Part shown: one piece after another, positions 1-9,423 of the stretch
Numbering within the stretch: position 1 is the stretch's first letter
Layout: each line of letters opens with the position of its first letter
IMG/VR virus record: IMGVR_UViG_3300047480_000789
DNA from: an uncultured virus (IMG/VR IMGVR_UViG_3300047480_000789)
Lineage: Duplodnaviria; Heunggongvirae; Uroviricota; Caudoviricetes
Strand: one strand, 5' to 3'
DNA length: 20,000 nt
Notes under the pieces: generated by a model
The model's input: the letters and a program-made list of their open reading frames with translations, nothing else
Told to the model about the DNA's origin: nothing
The model's database searches: none
Made by a program: the position numbers and the translations under genes

Positions 1-892
1 CAGTTGCACTGTACTTTTCTAAATCAACTTGAACGTAAATTTTACCTTCGATATCACAAACGTCATAGTATGAACCTGTGTTACCAGCCGCTTTAGCACC
101 ATATTCAACAATACCTTTACCGTATTTGTTAGTAACTAAGTTGAATGGTAATGTTGCTGAACCTGTGTGACCAGTGATTGCTGCGTCTGCAGTTGTGATT
201 TGTAATGAAGCTAAGAACTCTTCAGTGTCCATTTCGTTACCGTTAGGACCTGCTAATTTACCAGCACCTGCTTGTGTAAATCCTGTTAATACTAATACGA
301 TAGAACTAACTGAACTACCAGTTGCAATTGGGTTAACTGAAGTAGTTTGGCCGTTTGCAAATGTAACGATATCAGCAACCGTTAAAGATTGTGAAGTGAA
401 AGAACCTTTTGAATAATCGAAAAGACCTTGATCGTTAGCATCTGAATTTTCGTAGAAACGATCATAAAGATTTTTTACACCTGTATCGTAACCAGCGGTT
501 GCTGAATCACTATTACCTGGCATCTTATAAGGAGCATAATGGTCTGCACCATTTCTCTCTTGAATTTTAGGTACAAAGTAGAATAATTTACCAATTGGTA
601 AGTTCATTGCTTGTACTGAAACGATATCGTTCGCTAATAATTTAGAGAACACACGACGAATGATAGGGAATACCACAGTCTCGAATGAACCTGAAGCGTC
701 ACTTGTAGCCGCTTCGTTGATTAAATAAGACGCTTGGTTTTCATATAATTGCGCGATGTTATCTTTTTGGTGACCGTCAAGACCTTCTAAAAAGCCTAAC
801 TCATCCCATTTTTTGATGGTATCTTCTTTAATAACACGAAGGTGCTTAAGACCGATGTTACCTACCATACCTGATTCTAATAATGCTCCCAT
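1..892 (-). CDS. Major capsid protein, T4 gp23-like (5' part; runs off the left edge)
   Basis: Not in ORF track. Manual translation from ATG at 892: MGALLESGMVGNIGLKHLRVIKEDTIKKWDELGFLEGL...LYENQASYLINEAATSDASGSFETVVFPIIRRVFSKLLANDIVSVQAMNLPIGKLFYF. The LxENQ and P(I/L)IRR...LANDIVSVQxM..P.G..F motifs are typical of gp23, and it follows scaffold and protease genes. Confidence 0.95.
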   Translation of the reverse strand, partial: MGALLESGMVGNIGLKHLRVIKEDTIKKWDELGFLEGLDGHQKDNIAQLYENQASYLINEAATSDASGSFETVVFPIIRRVFSKLLANDIVSVQAMNLPIGKLFYFVPKIQERNGADHYAPYKMPGNSDSATAGYDTGVKNLYDRFYENSDANDQGLFDYSKGSFTSQSLTVADIVTFANGQTTSVNPIATGSSVSSIVLVLTGFTQAGAGKLAGPNGNEMDTEEFLASLQITTADAAITGHTGSATLPFNLVTNKYGKGIVEYGAKAAGNTGSYYDVCDIEGKIYVQVDLEKYSAT

Positions 893-926
893 TTTAAAAT
901 TGTATTTTGTTTTTTGTTTAGTTTAT

Positions 927-2144
927 TTATTTTATTTTACTCATCATTTCCTTAATTCTTCTAAACTGAGGATTCTCATACGCTTTAGACTCAGATAAAA
1001 CTTCAGTAGATGAAGAAGATGATGGAGTATTAGAGATTTTTGTCGCAACTGATTCGGTAACTGTTGTTTTTGAACCTAATTCAGTTTTGATTGTTGCGAA
1101 TAAAGACTTTGCCTCATTCATTGTAGAAACTGTATCGAATCTCTTTAAGATATTCAATTTCTCTTGTTTTGTTGTAGAATGTTCTGTAAACAAACGAGTA
1201 GCGTAAGCTAAGTTTGCATTAAATACGGCAACTTCGTTAAGTTTTTCCTTGAATAAAACTAATGCTTTCTTATATTCAGCGTTTTGCTTTTTTAAGTTTT
1301 CAACTTCTTCATTCATTTCGTGACGACCCGCCTTGTATTTCATACCTTGACGTGGACCTTCACCTCTAACGTCATTTGCTTGTGTTCTTGCAGCTTCGGT
1401 AGTCTCAATTTCTTTAGAATCATCTTCTTCAGAAACCTCTTCTTCCTCTTCTTCTTCCTCGTCCAATTCAATTTCGTAAATTGTTTCTTCCTCTTCTTCA
1501 GAAACATCACCCGCCATATCGTCAGATACAGGTGGGAAATCGGTGTCATCATCTTCAGAATCTAAACCATCAACGGGTAATTCCATTGTGTCTTCAGTTT
1601 CTAATGAATCTTCACCATCTAATTTAATGATGTATTCGTCTTCACCAGTATTGAAATCGATATTATCACCGTCTTTCTTAACTACAATACCATCTTCTGG
1701 TTTCATAGCCTTGAAAACCTTTAAAACTTCATCATCTGAAGCTGTGGTCATATCCATTACATCATCGTCATCCTCAACATCTGTATTATCTAAATCAGGT
1801 AATTCTAATGAATCCCCTTCTTCGTCATTAATACCTCCGTCAAGACCTTCGATGTCTTTACTTGGCTCATTATCGAGGTCTGTGTCATTTTCAGTATCGT
1901 CAGCCGTAGCTTCCTCATCTGACATATCGTCTTCCTCTTCTTCAGGTGTTGGTTGTTCGTCGATAGGAGTTTCTTCCTCCTCTTCTTTCGCAACTTCTTC
2001 CTCTTCTTCCAATGATTCTTTAAGCAAATCTTTAAGTTCTTCCTTCATAGTTGAAGCAAGTATACCTTTTGCATTTTGCTTTACTGCTTCTTCAAGATTC
2101 TGTACTTGAAGTAACGCTTGTTCTAAAATAGATTTTTCAGTCAT
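927..2144 (-). CDS. Prohead core/scaffolding protein
   Basis: 405 aa, very acidic low-complexity centre, coiled-coil C-terminus, located between protease and capsid genes as in T4-like phages. Confidence 0.75.
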   Translation of the reverse strand: MTEKSILEQALLQVQNLEEAVKQNAKGILASTMKEELKDLLKESLEEEEEVAKEEEEETPIDEQPTPEEEEDDMSDEEATADDTENDTDLDNEPSKDIEGLDGGINDEEGDSLELPDLDNTDVEDDDDVMDMTTASDDEVLKVFKAMKPEDGIVVKKDGDNIDFNTGEDEYIIKLDGEDSLETEDTMELPVDGLDSEDDDTDFPPVSDDMAGDVSEEEEETIYEIELDEEEEEEEEVSEEDDSKEIETTEAARTQANDVRGEGPRQGMKYKAGRHEMNEEVENLKKQNAEYKKALVLFKEKLNEVAVFNANLAYATRLFTEHSTTKQEKLNILKRFDTVSTMNEAKSLFATIKTELGSKTTVTESVATKISNTPSSSSSTEVLSESKAYENPQFRRIKEMMSKIK

Positions 2145-2170
2145 TGTGAAAATTTGTTGTTTTATTACCT

Positions 2171-2178
2171 TATAAATA
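2171..2178 (-). promoter_or_regulatory. TATTTATA motif, putative late promoter of scaffold/capsid
   Basis: 26 nt upstream of the scaffold ATG; same motif recurs before four other minus-strand genes. Confidence 0.55.
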
Positions 2179-2232
2179 GTGTGAAATGTTGAAAAATTCT
2201 CTTTTTCAATATAATCACCCCCATAAAATTTA

Positions 2233-2916
2233 TTATTTAGATAAAAAAGTGTCTAAATTACCCATTAATTTTTTCATTCTATCTTCCATTGCGGGTTTCT
2301 TAATTTCAGATTCTTGATATTGTTCTCTATCCGATGGATCACTAAAAATGTAAGCACCAGGAGTAGATGGGGAGGATACTAAATCAAAACAAACTAATTC
2401 AAAGTCCTCTTGTACGATGTTTTGACCCTTTACATTCTTCAATGAGCCAACACCACGAGAAGAAATACCCAATGTTGCACCGTTCATTATTAACATTGCA
2501 GCTTGGTCTCCTTTTGTTGAAACGATTCCCATCTTCTTCCAACCTGGAGAAGTGAATAATTTTATTTTACCCATAAGAATTTTTCCGTCCCACCAAGTTT
2601 CAAGAATTGAGTGTGAGACCCTATCTAAGTCGATAAGTGAAGATGATGGGTGATTAAGCTCATTTAACGCACTACCCTTCCTAATTAGAGTTTGATATTT
2701 TTCGTTTTCTCTCTTTAATAGAACTTCGGGATAAATTCTTCCATTCTTATTTGGAGTGTCGTATTTTTGTAAAACGGCATAAAGAATAAGGTCTTGTGAA
2801 AAGTCCATATTCTTCATTTCCGATATAATTTGTTTGTTGTCGTCTGGAGATACGTGTCCTGCGTCGTATTCAATTAAAATCCCGTGTCCAGTTTCCTTTG
2901 GTCCTAATATCTTCAT
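2233..2916 (-). CDS. Prohead maturation protease, T4 gp21-like
   Basis: NKNGRIYP, ELNHP (catalytic His), GISSRGVGS (catalytic Ser) and FDLVSSPS motifs. Confidence 0.95.
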   Translation of the reverse strand: MKILGPKETGHGILIEYDAGHVSPDDNKQIISEMKNMDFSQDLILYAVLQKYDTPNKNGRIYPEVLLKRENEKYQTLIRKGSALNELNHPSSSLIDLDRVSHSILETWWDGKILMGKIKLFTSPGWKKMGIVSTKGDQAAMLIMNGATLGISSRGVGSLKNVKGQNIVQEDFELVCFDLVSSPSTPGAYIFSDPSDREQYQESEIKKPAMEDRMKKLMGNLDTFLSK

Positions 2917-2932
2917 TTATAGATTTTATTAC

Positions 2933-2940
2933 TATAAATA
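2933..2940 (-). promoter_or_regulatory. TATTTATA motif, putative late promoter of protease
   Basis: 16 nt upstream of ATG at 2916. Confidence 0.55.
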
Positions 2941-2954
2941 CATCAATATCTAAG

Positions 2955-3380
2955 TTATTTTTTTGATTTGTAAAAATTGAATAATTTTTTATTGGAAAGA
3001 CCCTCCTCAATAACCGTTAATAAAATATCTTTTACATTATTTTTGGTTTCTTTTGACTTAACATCGAATTGTTTATCGACATATAAAGTCACCTCTAAGT
3101 TCATAAAAGACCTTTTTTCTAATTTTATTCCTTTTGTTCTTACATCTAAATCAACAATTGATTGTTGTTTAAAATTGGGACTATTAAGATTGTAAATAAT
3201 TTCTTTTACTTTTCTTCTGGTTTTACTAATCGTTAAATCAAAATCGTCGGTTTCATTATCAGCTTGAATCCAAGAATTTAATTTAAGATAAATGGTTTTT
3301 AAATTTTTAAAATCTACGGTACCATAACCGATTTTTACGTTTTGGTATGTCCCTAATGGGATATACTTACCTGTCTTCAT
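2955..3380 (-). CDS. Hypothetical protein (141 aa, basic)
   Basis: Clean ORF filling the gap between bS21 and protease genes; no motif recognised. Confidence 0.75.
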   Translation of the reverse strand: MKTGKYIPLGTYQNVKIGYGTVDFKNLKTIYLKLNSWIQADNETDDFDLTISKTRRKVKEIIYNLNSPNFKQQSIVDLDVRTKGIKLEKRSFMNLEVTLYVDKQFDVKSKETKNNVKDILLTVIEEGLSNKKLFNFYKSKK

Positions 3381-3457
3381 TAATTTTTCATATTATTTCA
3401 TTTTATGGTGTTAATAAAAAATAACAAAAAAAAATTACAATACCAAAAATATTTTTA

Positions 3458-3465
3458 TATATTTG
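3458..3465 (+). promoter_or_regulatory. Bacteroidota-type -7 promoter element (TATATTTG) for bS21
   Basis: Matches TAnnTTTG, 17 nt before ATG 3483; no clear TTTG -33 element. A second TAnnTTTG lies back-to-back on the minus strand at 3444-3451. Confidence 0.4.
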
Positions 3466-3482
3466 TAATATACTTATATATT

Positions 3483-3674
3483 ATGATTATAATTGACTTA
3501 TCTAAAGAAAAAAGCATAGAGAGTGCGTTAAGGACTTACAAACAGAAAGTTCAAAAAACTAAACAGATTCAAAAATTGAGGGAAAGAAAAGAATTCACCA
3601 AACCTTCAGTTATTAAAAGAAATGAAAAGTTGAAGGCAGTCTATGTACAACAAATAAAAAATGGTCTTAATTAA
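3483..3674 (+). CDS. rpsU: Phage-encoded 30S ribosomal protein bS21 (63 aa)
   Basis: From ATG 3483: MIIIDLSKEKSIESALRTYKQKVQKTKQIQKLRERKEFTKPSVIKRNEKLKAVYVQQIKNGLN. Shows the IE.ALR.YK.K and LR.R..F.KPS..R bS21 signatures and the Bacteroidota-like KAxY C-terminus. Confidence 0.92.
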   Translation: MIIIDLSKEKSIESALRTYKQKVQKTKQIQKLRERKEFTKPSVIKRNEKLKAVYVQQIKNGLN

Positions 3675-3686
3675 GACCATTTTTTA
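3655..3686. terminator. Perfect 32-bp palindrome, probable bidirectional terminator overlapping two stop codons
   Basis: TAAAAAATGGTCTTAATTAAGACCATTTTTTA; hairpin followed by a 6-U tract on either strand. Confidence 0.7.
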
Positions 3687-4416
3687 ATTCTGTCAATCTA
3701 TAGTAATTATATCTTGAAGTTTCCATTTCGTCTACTTCATTTTTTACTTTATTTAATTTACTTATCATTTCACTATCATTTACCACTGACTCGTTTAAAA
3801 GTGTATTGACTTGATTTGTAATTGATTCTTTTAATTCAATTGTTTTAGATTCCAATTCTTCACTTGGGATTGATAATATGTTTTTCAACTCTTCTTGTTG
3901 TGACTCAGATAATGTATTTGAATATAATATATTAAAATTATTTGCTAATACTGCGTGTAATAGATTTTCGTTTTGAGAATAAACGACTTGCTTAGATTCG
4001 TTTACATCTTTTTTAGTTATTAAATGGTCGACCAATTTCTTTTTAGCAATCACTTTATTTTCAATATTTGAAAGTGAATCTTTTAACGTTAATTGATCTA
4101 ACGATTCATACAATTGATTAGTTTTAATTTCAACATCACCTAATTTATTATTTAATGATTCACAAAAAACTGTTAAGTCATCTTTAGTCATTAATTGTGA
4201 TAACATTGTGCTCACCCCCTCAACGTATAATTTTGCAGTTTCTTTATCCTCAATATACTTGTTTTCAATTTCTTCATAGAACAAATACATTTCTTTAAAG
4301 TCTTTATTTTCTTTAATTGTTTTTAATATATCTTTAACTTCTGTCTTATTTTCTTTTGTGTAAGACTCAGTTAATTTTGTCAACATTTTGGATTTTAATT
4401 CCCCGAATTTGTTCAT
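3667..4416 (-). CDS. Hypothetical helical protein, probable prohead core component (249 aa)
   Basis: Starts 2 nt after the portal stop; carries repeated [LV]-x-E-S motifs (LTES, LYES, VNES, LSES, LKES, LNES). Confidence 0.7.
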   Translation of the reverse strand: MNKFGELKSKMLTKLTESYTKENKTEVKDILKTIKENKDFKEMYLFYEEIENKYIEDKETAKLYVEGVSTMLSQLMTKDDLTVFCESLNNKLGDVEIKTNQLYESLDQLTLKDSLSNIENKVIAKKKLVDHLITKKDVNESKQVVYSQNENLLHAVLANNFNILYSNTLSESQQEELKNILSIPSEELESKTIELKESITNQVNTLLNESVVNDSEMISKLNKVKNEVDEMETSRYNYYRLTELKNGLN

Positions 4417-4418
4417 TT

Positions 4419-6230
4419 TTAGTCGTTTAATATGTCTTTTATTTTTGTTTCTATTTCATAAATATTCTTTTGTGCTCTTTCCATATCAAATAAGATATTG
4501 AAATCTTCGTTTTCCTCACCCAACATACCTAATATTTTTGATTTTTTTGTTTCACTTAGTGGTTCTTCACCTCCACCACTCGATGGTGGTGGGCCTCCAC
4601 CCATATCCATACCACCTCCTTCGGCACCCTCACCTGATGCGGCATCCATTGCCTTTTCTCTTTCCTCCTCAGGTATACCATACTTCTTATCCACCTCATC
4701 AAATACTCCAGAACGTTTGATAACCATTTGAGAATTTGTTAATTCGAATCCCATTGCTCTTTCTAAACGTTGTTGTTGTAAATCAAGTAACACTTCACTA
4801 TCACTCATACCTAAGATATTTTTCTTGGCCCAAGTGTGTGAAACAGGTAAGATACCAACTTGTGATTGGTCAGACGTAGCGTCTTTATATAATGTAATTT
4901 TTTCTTTCCACTGCTCAATACGTAATAAATCGGATTGTGCGGATGGGTTTGTTAATGATAATGTGAAGTTATTTAATTCATCTTCCATACCTAAAAGGTA
5001 TAGTTGAATAAGTGCAATTTTATTTAATTCCTGTATTAACGATTTTTGAATTCTGTTAATTGTACGTGCAAAACGAATATCCATTAATGCTAAACTCTTA
5101 CCCTCGCCAACAACCTCCTCAAATCCTAAGAATGCCTTTGGGATACGTAAAGCGGCTAATAACTTTTTTTGAATATATTCAATATCCGCAATCTCACCTA
5201 AATTTTGAGCCCCCGGTAACGTTTCAATTGGGTTGGTTTGTGATGGGTCTCGAACAGGAATAAAATAATCTTGGTCAACGGCCATTTGGTTGTACCTCAT
5301 ATCCACTTGTCCATTACGTGGGTCGGAAATTTGGTCTCTCTTAAATTTGTTAGCCACACGTTGTACATATGGTTCAATATCTTTATCGTCCATATTACCA
5401 ACAAATACTTTAAATACACGTCTTTCAGGTGCTCTCGACGTTCTATAAATTAACATAGCATCTTCAGCAAGTAAAAGTTGTTTCCATATTCTTCTAATCT
5501 TATCTAACATAGATGTACCATATGGTAATTTTCTATCGTCACCTAATAATCTAAAATGTGCAATTTCCCAAGCTTGGAATTCCATATCTTTGTTCTTCCA
5601 AGTAAATCTCAATTCCCTTGATGGTACTTTTGAATCTTTATTTATGACTCCACCTGCGGTTTTACTTGTTGCGCCCTCTAATCTTTCTATTTCTATATTC
5701 GGTAATTGTTGTACTCCAACAATTCCTTTTTCGGGGTCAATTTTTAGATACACAAAATCATCACCGTACTTACACATACCACGAGCCCACATTTGTAAGT
5801 TCGTATTTATATCTAATTGATTATTAAATAAATCTTCTAATATGTTTTTAATTCTATCAGATTCTGAATATATAGTCAATATTTGACCTTTTTCGGACAT
5901 AGTTGTCGACTCTTCAGCATAAATGTCAAGTGCAGCTGAAATCTCAGGTGTAAACTCCATAGATTCAAAATCGTAATATGCAGCCAATCTATTTGGTTCA
6001 TAATATACCGATTGGTTATATAGTGATTGGTCTAACTTGGTCCACTTATCAGCAATGTATTGACTTTGTTGTGCTTGTAACATTGCCTTTTCATACTCTT
6101 CTCTACTATCTGTTTTTAATAATTCATCCTTATTGAAATTAAACGAAGGTGTGTTATCCTGTTTCACACGATTAGGATAACCAAACATTCTGGTCATTTT
6201 TTGGAATACTGTTAAATTTTGATTTGCCAT
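4419..6230 (-). CDS. Portal protein, T4 gp20-like
   Basis: PEISAALDI, KQLLLAEDAMLIYRTSRAPERRVFKVFVGNM, DYFIPVR, IETLPGAQNLGEIADIEY and F...I.RIQ motifs. Confidence 0.96.
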   Translation of the reverse strand: MANQNLTVFQKMTRMFGYPNRVKQDNTPSFNFNKDELLKTDSREEYEKAMLQAQQSQYIADKWTKLDQSLYNQSVYYEPNRLAAYYDFESMEFTPEISAALDIYAEESTTMSEKGQILTIYSESDRIKNILEDLFNNQLDINTNLQMWARGMCKYGDDFVYLKIDPEKGIVGVQQLPNIEIERLEGATSKTAGGVINKDSKVPSRELRFTWKNKDMEFQAWEIAHFRLLGDDRKLPYGTSMLDKIRRIWKQLLLAEDAMLIYRTSRAPERRVFKVFVGNMDDKDIEPYVQRVANKFKRDQISDPRNGQVDMRYNQMAVDQDYFIPVRDPSQTNPIETLPGAQNLGEIADIEYIQKKLLAALRIPKAFLGFEEVVGEGKSLALMDIRFARTINRIQKSLIQELNKIALIQLYLLGMEDELNNFTLSLTNPSAQSDLLRIEQWKEKITLYKDATSDQSQVGILPVSHTWAKKNILGMSDSEVLLDLQQQRLERAMGFELTNSQMVIKRSGVFDEVDKKYGIPEEEREKAMDAASGEGAEGGGMDMGGGPPPSSGGGEEPLSETKKSKILGMLGEENEDFNILFDMERAQKNIYEIETKIKDILND

Positions 6231-6234
6231 TGTA

Positions 6235-6242
6235 TATAAATA
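6235..6242 (-). promoter_or_regulatory. TATTTATA motif upstream of portal
   Basis: Only 4 nt before ATG at 6230. Confidence 0.55.
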
Positions 6243-6284
6243 CTTTTCTTTACAATATAAACTAAATAATTAGCAATGGGAAGT

Positions 6285-8060
6285 TTATCTCGGTTTACCA
6301 AATAACCACATATGGTCACGATAAACTTCTTTCGACACATTCATTGAATTATTTTGATGATAAATGTTGTTAGTGTCCATACCCATAGAACCAATTTGGT
6401 CAAAAGACGTACCATATGAATAAAATGTTTTATTCGGTTCATATGTTCTTTCTGTCATAGTCCAAGATTCCAACATTGCCTTATTTGCGTTTTCATTTTT
6501 TTGTAATTGATTAAACGACATATCCGCCACATAAAGGGCCATTGACATACTCATAATGGCATCATCGTGAGCACCCTTCATATGGTCGGGCCTACCATTT
6601 ATGTAAACAAATGTATTTAACTCGTTTAGTAATCTATTTGACCTAACTTGAAATCCTTTTCTTAATTGTTCTTCGAACGCTGCCACAATTTGAGTTCGTT
6701 TATTATTAAAATTAAGTCCGGGTATTTTTTCCATAGCTTTTGAATTATACTCCCATATATTTTTGGTGTTAATTCCATCAATATATAAGTTTTTATAATT
6801 CATTTCTTGTAATTTTCTTGAAGTTGCCACACCCATACCTCCGGTAATATCAATCACAATAAACGCCTCATATAAAATCCCCCACTTATAACAAATGGAT
6901 GCCAAATCATCTGGAGGTATTTTACCGATATATTCTGCAACTTGTTCACGCTCATCAAAATCGATTACACATATAGACGAAAAGTCTTCACTATCACCCC
7001 TACTTACGTCAACTCCCATAATGTATCTATGTCCTTGAATTGGTTCTTTCCATTGCCAAAATGTACCTTGCATATACTTTTCTTTAGGTACACGAATCAT
7101 ATTTTTGGCAATATTCTCTTGTACATCACCGGGAATTACACCATCTCCCGAACCTAAAAAGTCACATTCTAACTCTTGAGCAATTTTACGTCTATCGTAT
7201 TTAAACTTTTTAGACATAGATTCAAACCAAGAAGAATATGGTTTATAACCTTGTTCTTCTAATTCCTGATACTTTTCAATATCAAAATCAGTTATTACAA
7301 CCTCATCATCATTATATTGTTCTCTATTTAACATATAGTGACAAATATCTTGACATTTTACCCAACGTAAATCTTTGGTATATCGAGGGTCTTTAAACCA
7401 TCTTAAATCAGTAATATGAAAGTCGTTTAACCCACGAATTGCTTGGTCATAAACACCGTAATATATGGGGTCATAACCATTTGGGGTAGATACTAATATA
7501 ATCTTACCACCCGTAGATAAGGACGCCATTGAAGCTGCCCAAAAATCTTCGCCCGCCTCAATATAGGCTGCCTCGTCAAATACAAGTATGGTCGGTGTAT
7601 AACCTCGCAAAGCATCTGCGGATGTTGCCACCGCCTTAACTTCACAACCATTGTTTAATCTAAATCTACTTTCTGAGTTTTTATCTGGTGAAAATCCGAC
7701 ATTTAACCATTCGGGCCATTGTTCTAAAAAGTGACGAACTTTGTTCGCCATTTCCACTGCGGTATCTTTTTTATTTGCAATTAATAAAACTCTTTCAGGT
7801 TCATCAGGTTTTGCTGTTTGTAATTTTTTTGAAATCCAAGCGGCGGTTACTGTTGTCACGCCCGCTTGTCTATATTTTCTTGTGATATTTTCGTTATAGA
7901 CCTCATAATCTTTTATTAATTGAACTTGGTCTGGAAATAACTCTAACGGTACATATTTTTTTTGTGTATTATCATATGTTGTTAGATATGTTCTTAATGC
8001 ATATGGAGCGTCCTTTATGATTTTAGCGTACTCCATTAATTGTTCTGCTCTCGTATTCAT
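6285..8060 (-). CDS. Terminase large subunit, T4 gp17-like
   Basis: LFPDQ adenine-binding motif, KYRQAGVTT Walker A region, ILVFDEAA Walker B, STPNG coupling motif, QELECDFLGS, nuclease GVDVSRG...D and HDDAIMS. Confidence 0.96.
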   Translation of the reverse strand: MNTRAEQLMEYAKIIKDAPYALRTYLTTYDNTQKKYVPLELFPDQVQLIKDYEVYNENITRKYRQAGVTTVTAAWISKKLQTAKPDEPERVLLIANKKDTAVEMANKVRHFLEQWPEWLNVGFSPDKNSESRFRLNNGCEVKAVATSADALRGYTPTILVFDEAAYIEAGEDFWAASMASLSTGGKIILVSTPNGYDPIYYGVYDQAIRGLNDFHITDLRWFKDPRYTKDLRWVKCQDICHYMLNREQYNDDEVVITDFDIEKYQELEEQGYKPYSSWFESMSKKFKYDRRKIAQELECDFLGSGDGVIPGDVQENIAKNMIRVPKEKYMQGTFWQWKEPIQGHRYIMGVDVSRGDSEDFSSICVIDFDEREQVAEYIGKIPPDDLASICYKWGILYEAFIVIDITGGMGVATSRKLQEMNYKNLYIDGINTKNIWEYNSKAMEKIPGLNFNNKRTQIVAAFEEQLRKGFQVRSNRLLNELNTFVYINGRPDHMKGAHDDAIMSMSMALYVADMSFNQLQKNENANKAMLESWTMTERTYEPNKTFYSYGTSFDQIGSMGMDTNNIYHQNNSMNVSKEVYRDHMWLFGKPR

Positions 8061-8063
8061 ATA

Positions 8064-8071
8064 TATAAATA
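8064..8071 (-). promoter_or_regulatory. TATTTATA motif upstream of terminase
   Basis: 3 nt before ATG at 8060 and directly after an intrinsic terminator. Confidence 0.55.
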
Positions 8072-8072
8072 C

Positions 8073-8098
8073 AAAAAAAGGGAGTTAAACTCCCTTTT
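8073..8098 (-). terminator. Intrinsic terminator after the 439-aa gene
   Basis: AAAAGGGAGT-taa-ACTCCCTTTT hairpin with 7 U on the minus strand. Confidence 0.8.
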
Positions 8099-8101
8099 AA
8101 A

Positions 8102-9421
8102 TTAATCTTTCGATGTTGTGATACCAAGTGAACCTAAAAAATCGTCCAAATCGTCACCGCCATCTTCATCGTCATAATTATCCATTTCTCGATTATATTC
8201 GTCCTCTTCCCAATCTTCATTTCTTAAACTTTCCTCAATCTCACGTACCATTCTTTCTATAACCTGTTTTGCTCTTGGGTCACCTTTAACAACCATATTC
8301 ATTAATTTAGCAAAATCCTTAGTTGATAATTTTGAAATTCTTGAAAACAAGTAATTTTGAATATGTTTTAAATCGTCTTCATATAATCTATCAGGATATG
8401 TGGATAATAATTTTTCCCATATATACGGTCCAAATCGTAAATCCCATATTTCCATAGGTAAAGTATCCGTAACACCCATTACCATATCAGCCTGTCTTTT
8501 TTCATCAGGTAATCCCTGTGTTGCTATGATTTCCATTGTACCCTTAATTAATTCGTGAACTAACACTGGGAAAAATACTCCACGTGCTCTAACTGTAGGT
8601 GGTTCCGTTTCGGGGTCAATCTCTTCTTTACCGGCTTTAGTTCTTCCATCACCACCTAACATCATCTCATCAGGGAATATCCAATATAACATATCGTTAA
8701 CGGACATTAAAATACCGTATAATGTAACAATGTTTGGTTTAAGCGCCACTAATCTTTCAGATACCAATTCAAACATATAGTGGCCCTTTTTTGAAGATCC
8801 CTGAATGAGTGCATTCATCACCTTTCTTTTTGCAACTTCGTCATTGAATATCTCAACTGCACTCATAAATTCCTCAACGTCATCACCAGCTTCTTCCGGA
8901 TTAACACCAAACTCTTGTTCAATTTCTTCTTCAGTTGGGTTCTCAGATTGATTTGCAAACCCCTCATTACTAATATCACCAATGCCGACCAACTTAGCGT
9001 CATATTGAACTACCCCCTCAGGAACGGCTAATTCTTTCTTAACCAATTCAATCGCTAAGTTTTCTAACATTTCCTTATTCTCAGATTCAAATGATAACAC
9101 TTCTCTCATTGCCCCCATCATAGACATTTGTAACTGTCTAAATGTGTTACCGTCGGTCACATTACCTTGTTGTCCTGTGTAATGTTTAACTTTATTAACC
9201 ACATCAATAAAACGTTTTGAAGCGATTAATTCTTCAAAATTAGAAGGAATTCCCTCTGGTTGGTCCTGTGGTATGGATGGATTATCCTTATAAGGGGTCT
9301 CCTTATCTGCTAATTTTCTTTCCAAATCAGGATTCATCCTCTCTGGATTATTACCGTAGTCTATTGGCATCTCATTCAATGTTTCTTGAATTAAAGATAA
9401 CAATTTTTTCTTGGAAAACAT
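8102..9421 (-). CDS. Hypothetical protein (439 aa), possible virion protein; contains HExxK motif (VHELIKG)
   Basis: Long ORF in a tightly coupled operon; N-terminal LIQETLNE and acidic tail. Confidence 0.8.
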   Translation of the reverse strand: MFSKKKLLSLIQETLNEMPIDYGNNPERMNPDLERKLADKETPYKDNPSIPQDQPEGIPSNFEELIASKRFIDVVNKVKHYTGQQGNVTDGNTFRQLQMSMMGAMREVLSFESENKEMLENLAIELVKKELAVPEGVVQYDAKLVGIGDISNEGFANQSENPTEEEIEQEFGVNPEEAGDDVEEFMSAVEIFNDEVAKRKVMNALIQGSSKKGHYMFELVSERLVALKPNIVTLYGILMSVNDMLYWIFPDEMMLGGDGRTKAGKEEIDPETEPPTVRARGVFFPVLVHELIKGTMEIIATQGLPDEKRQADMVMGVTDTLPMEIWDLRFGPYIWEKLLSTYPDRLYEDDLKHIQNYLFSRISKLSTKDFAKLMNMVVKGDPRAKQVIERMVREIEESLRNEDWEEDEYNREMDNYDDEDGGDDLDDFLGSLGITTSKD

Positions 9422-9423
9422 AA

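Noticed and set aside
1543..2109. 188-aa Ser-rich plus-strand ORF (also 174-416, 813-998, 1320-1565, 4498-4731, 9458-9691, 10515-10790, 12881-13087 and similar)
   Set aside because: Antisense shadows of real minus-strand genes; GAA/GAT-rich coding strands give stop-free Ser/Phe-rich reverse frames.
3405..3482. 26-aa N-terminal extension of bS21 in the ORF track
   Set aside because: bS21 similarity begins at ATG 3483; the extension covers the AT-rich promoter region.
7850..7880. Terminase Walker A lacking the usual Lys (RQAGVTT) as a sign of inactivation
   Set aside because: All other ATPase and nuclease motifs are intact, and deviant Walker A motifs with an upstream Lys (KxRQxG) are common in terminases.
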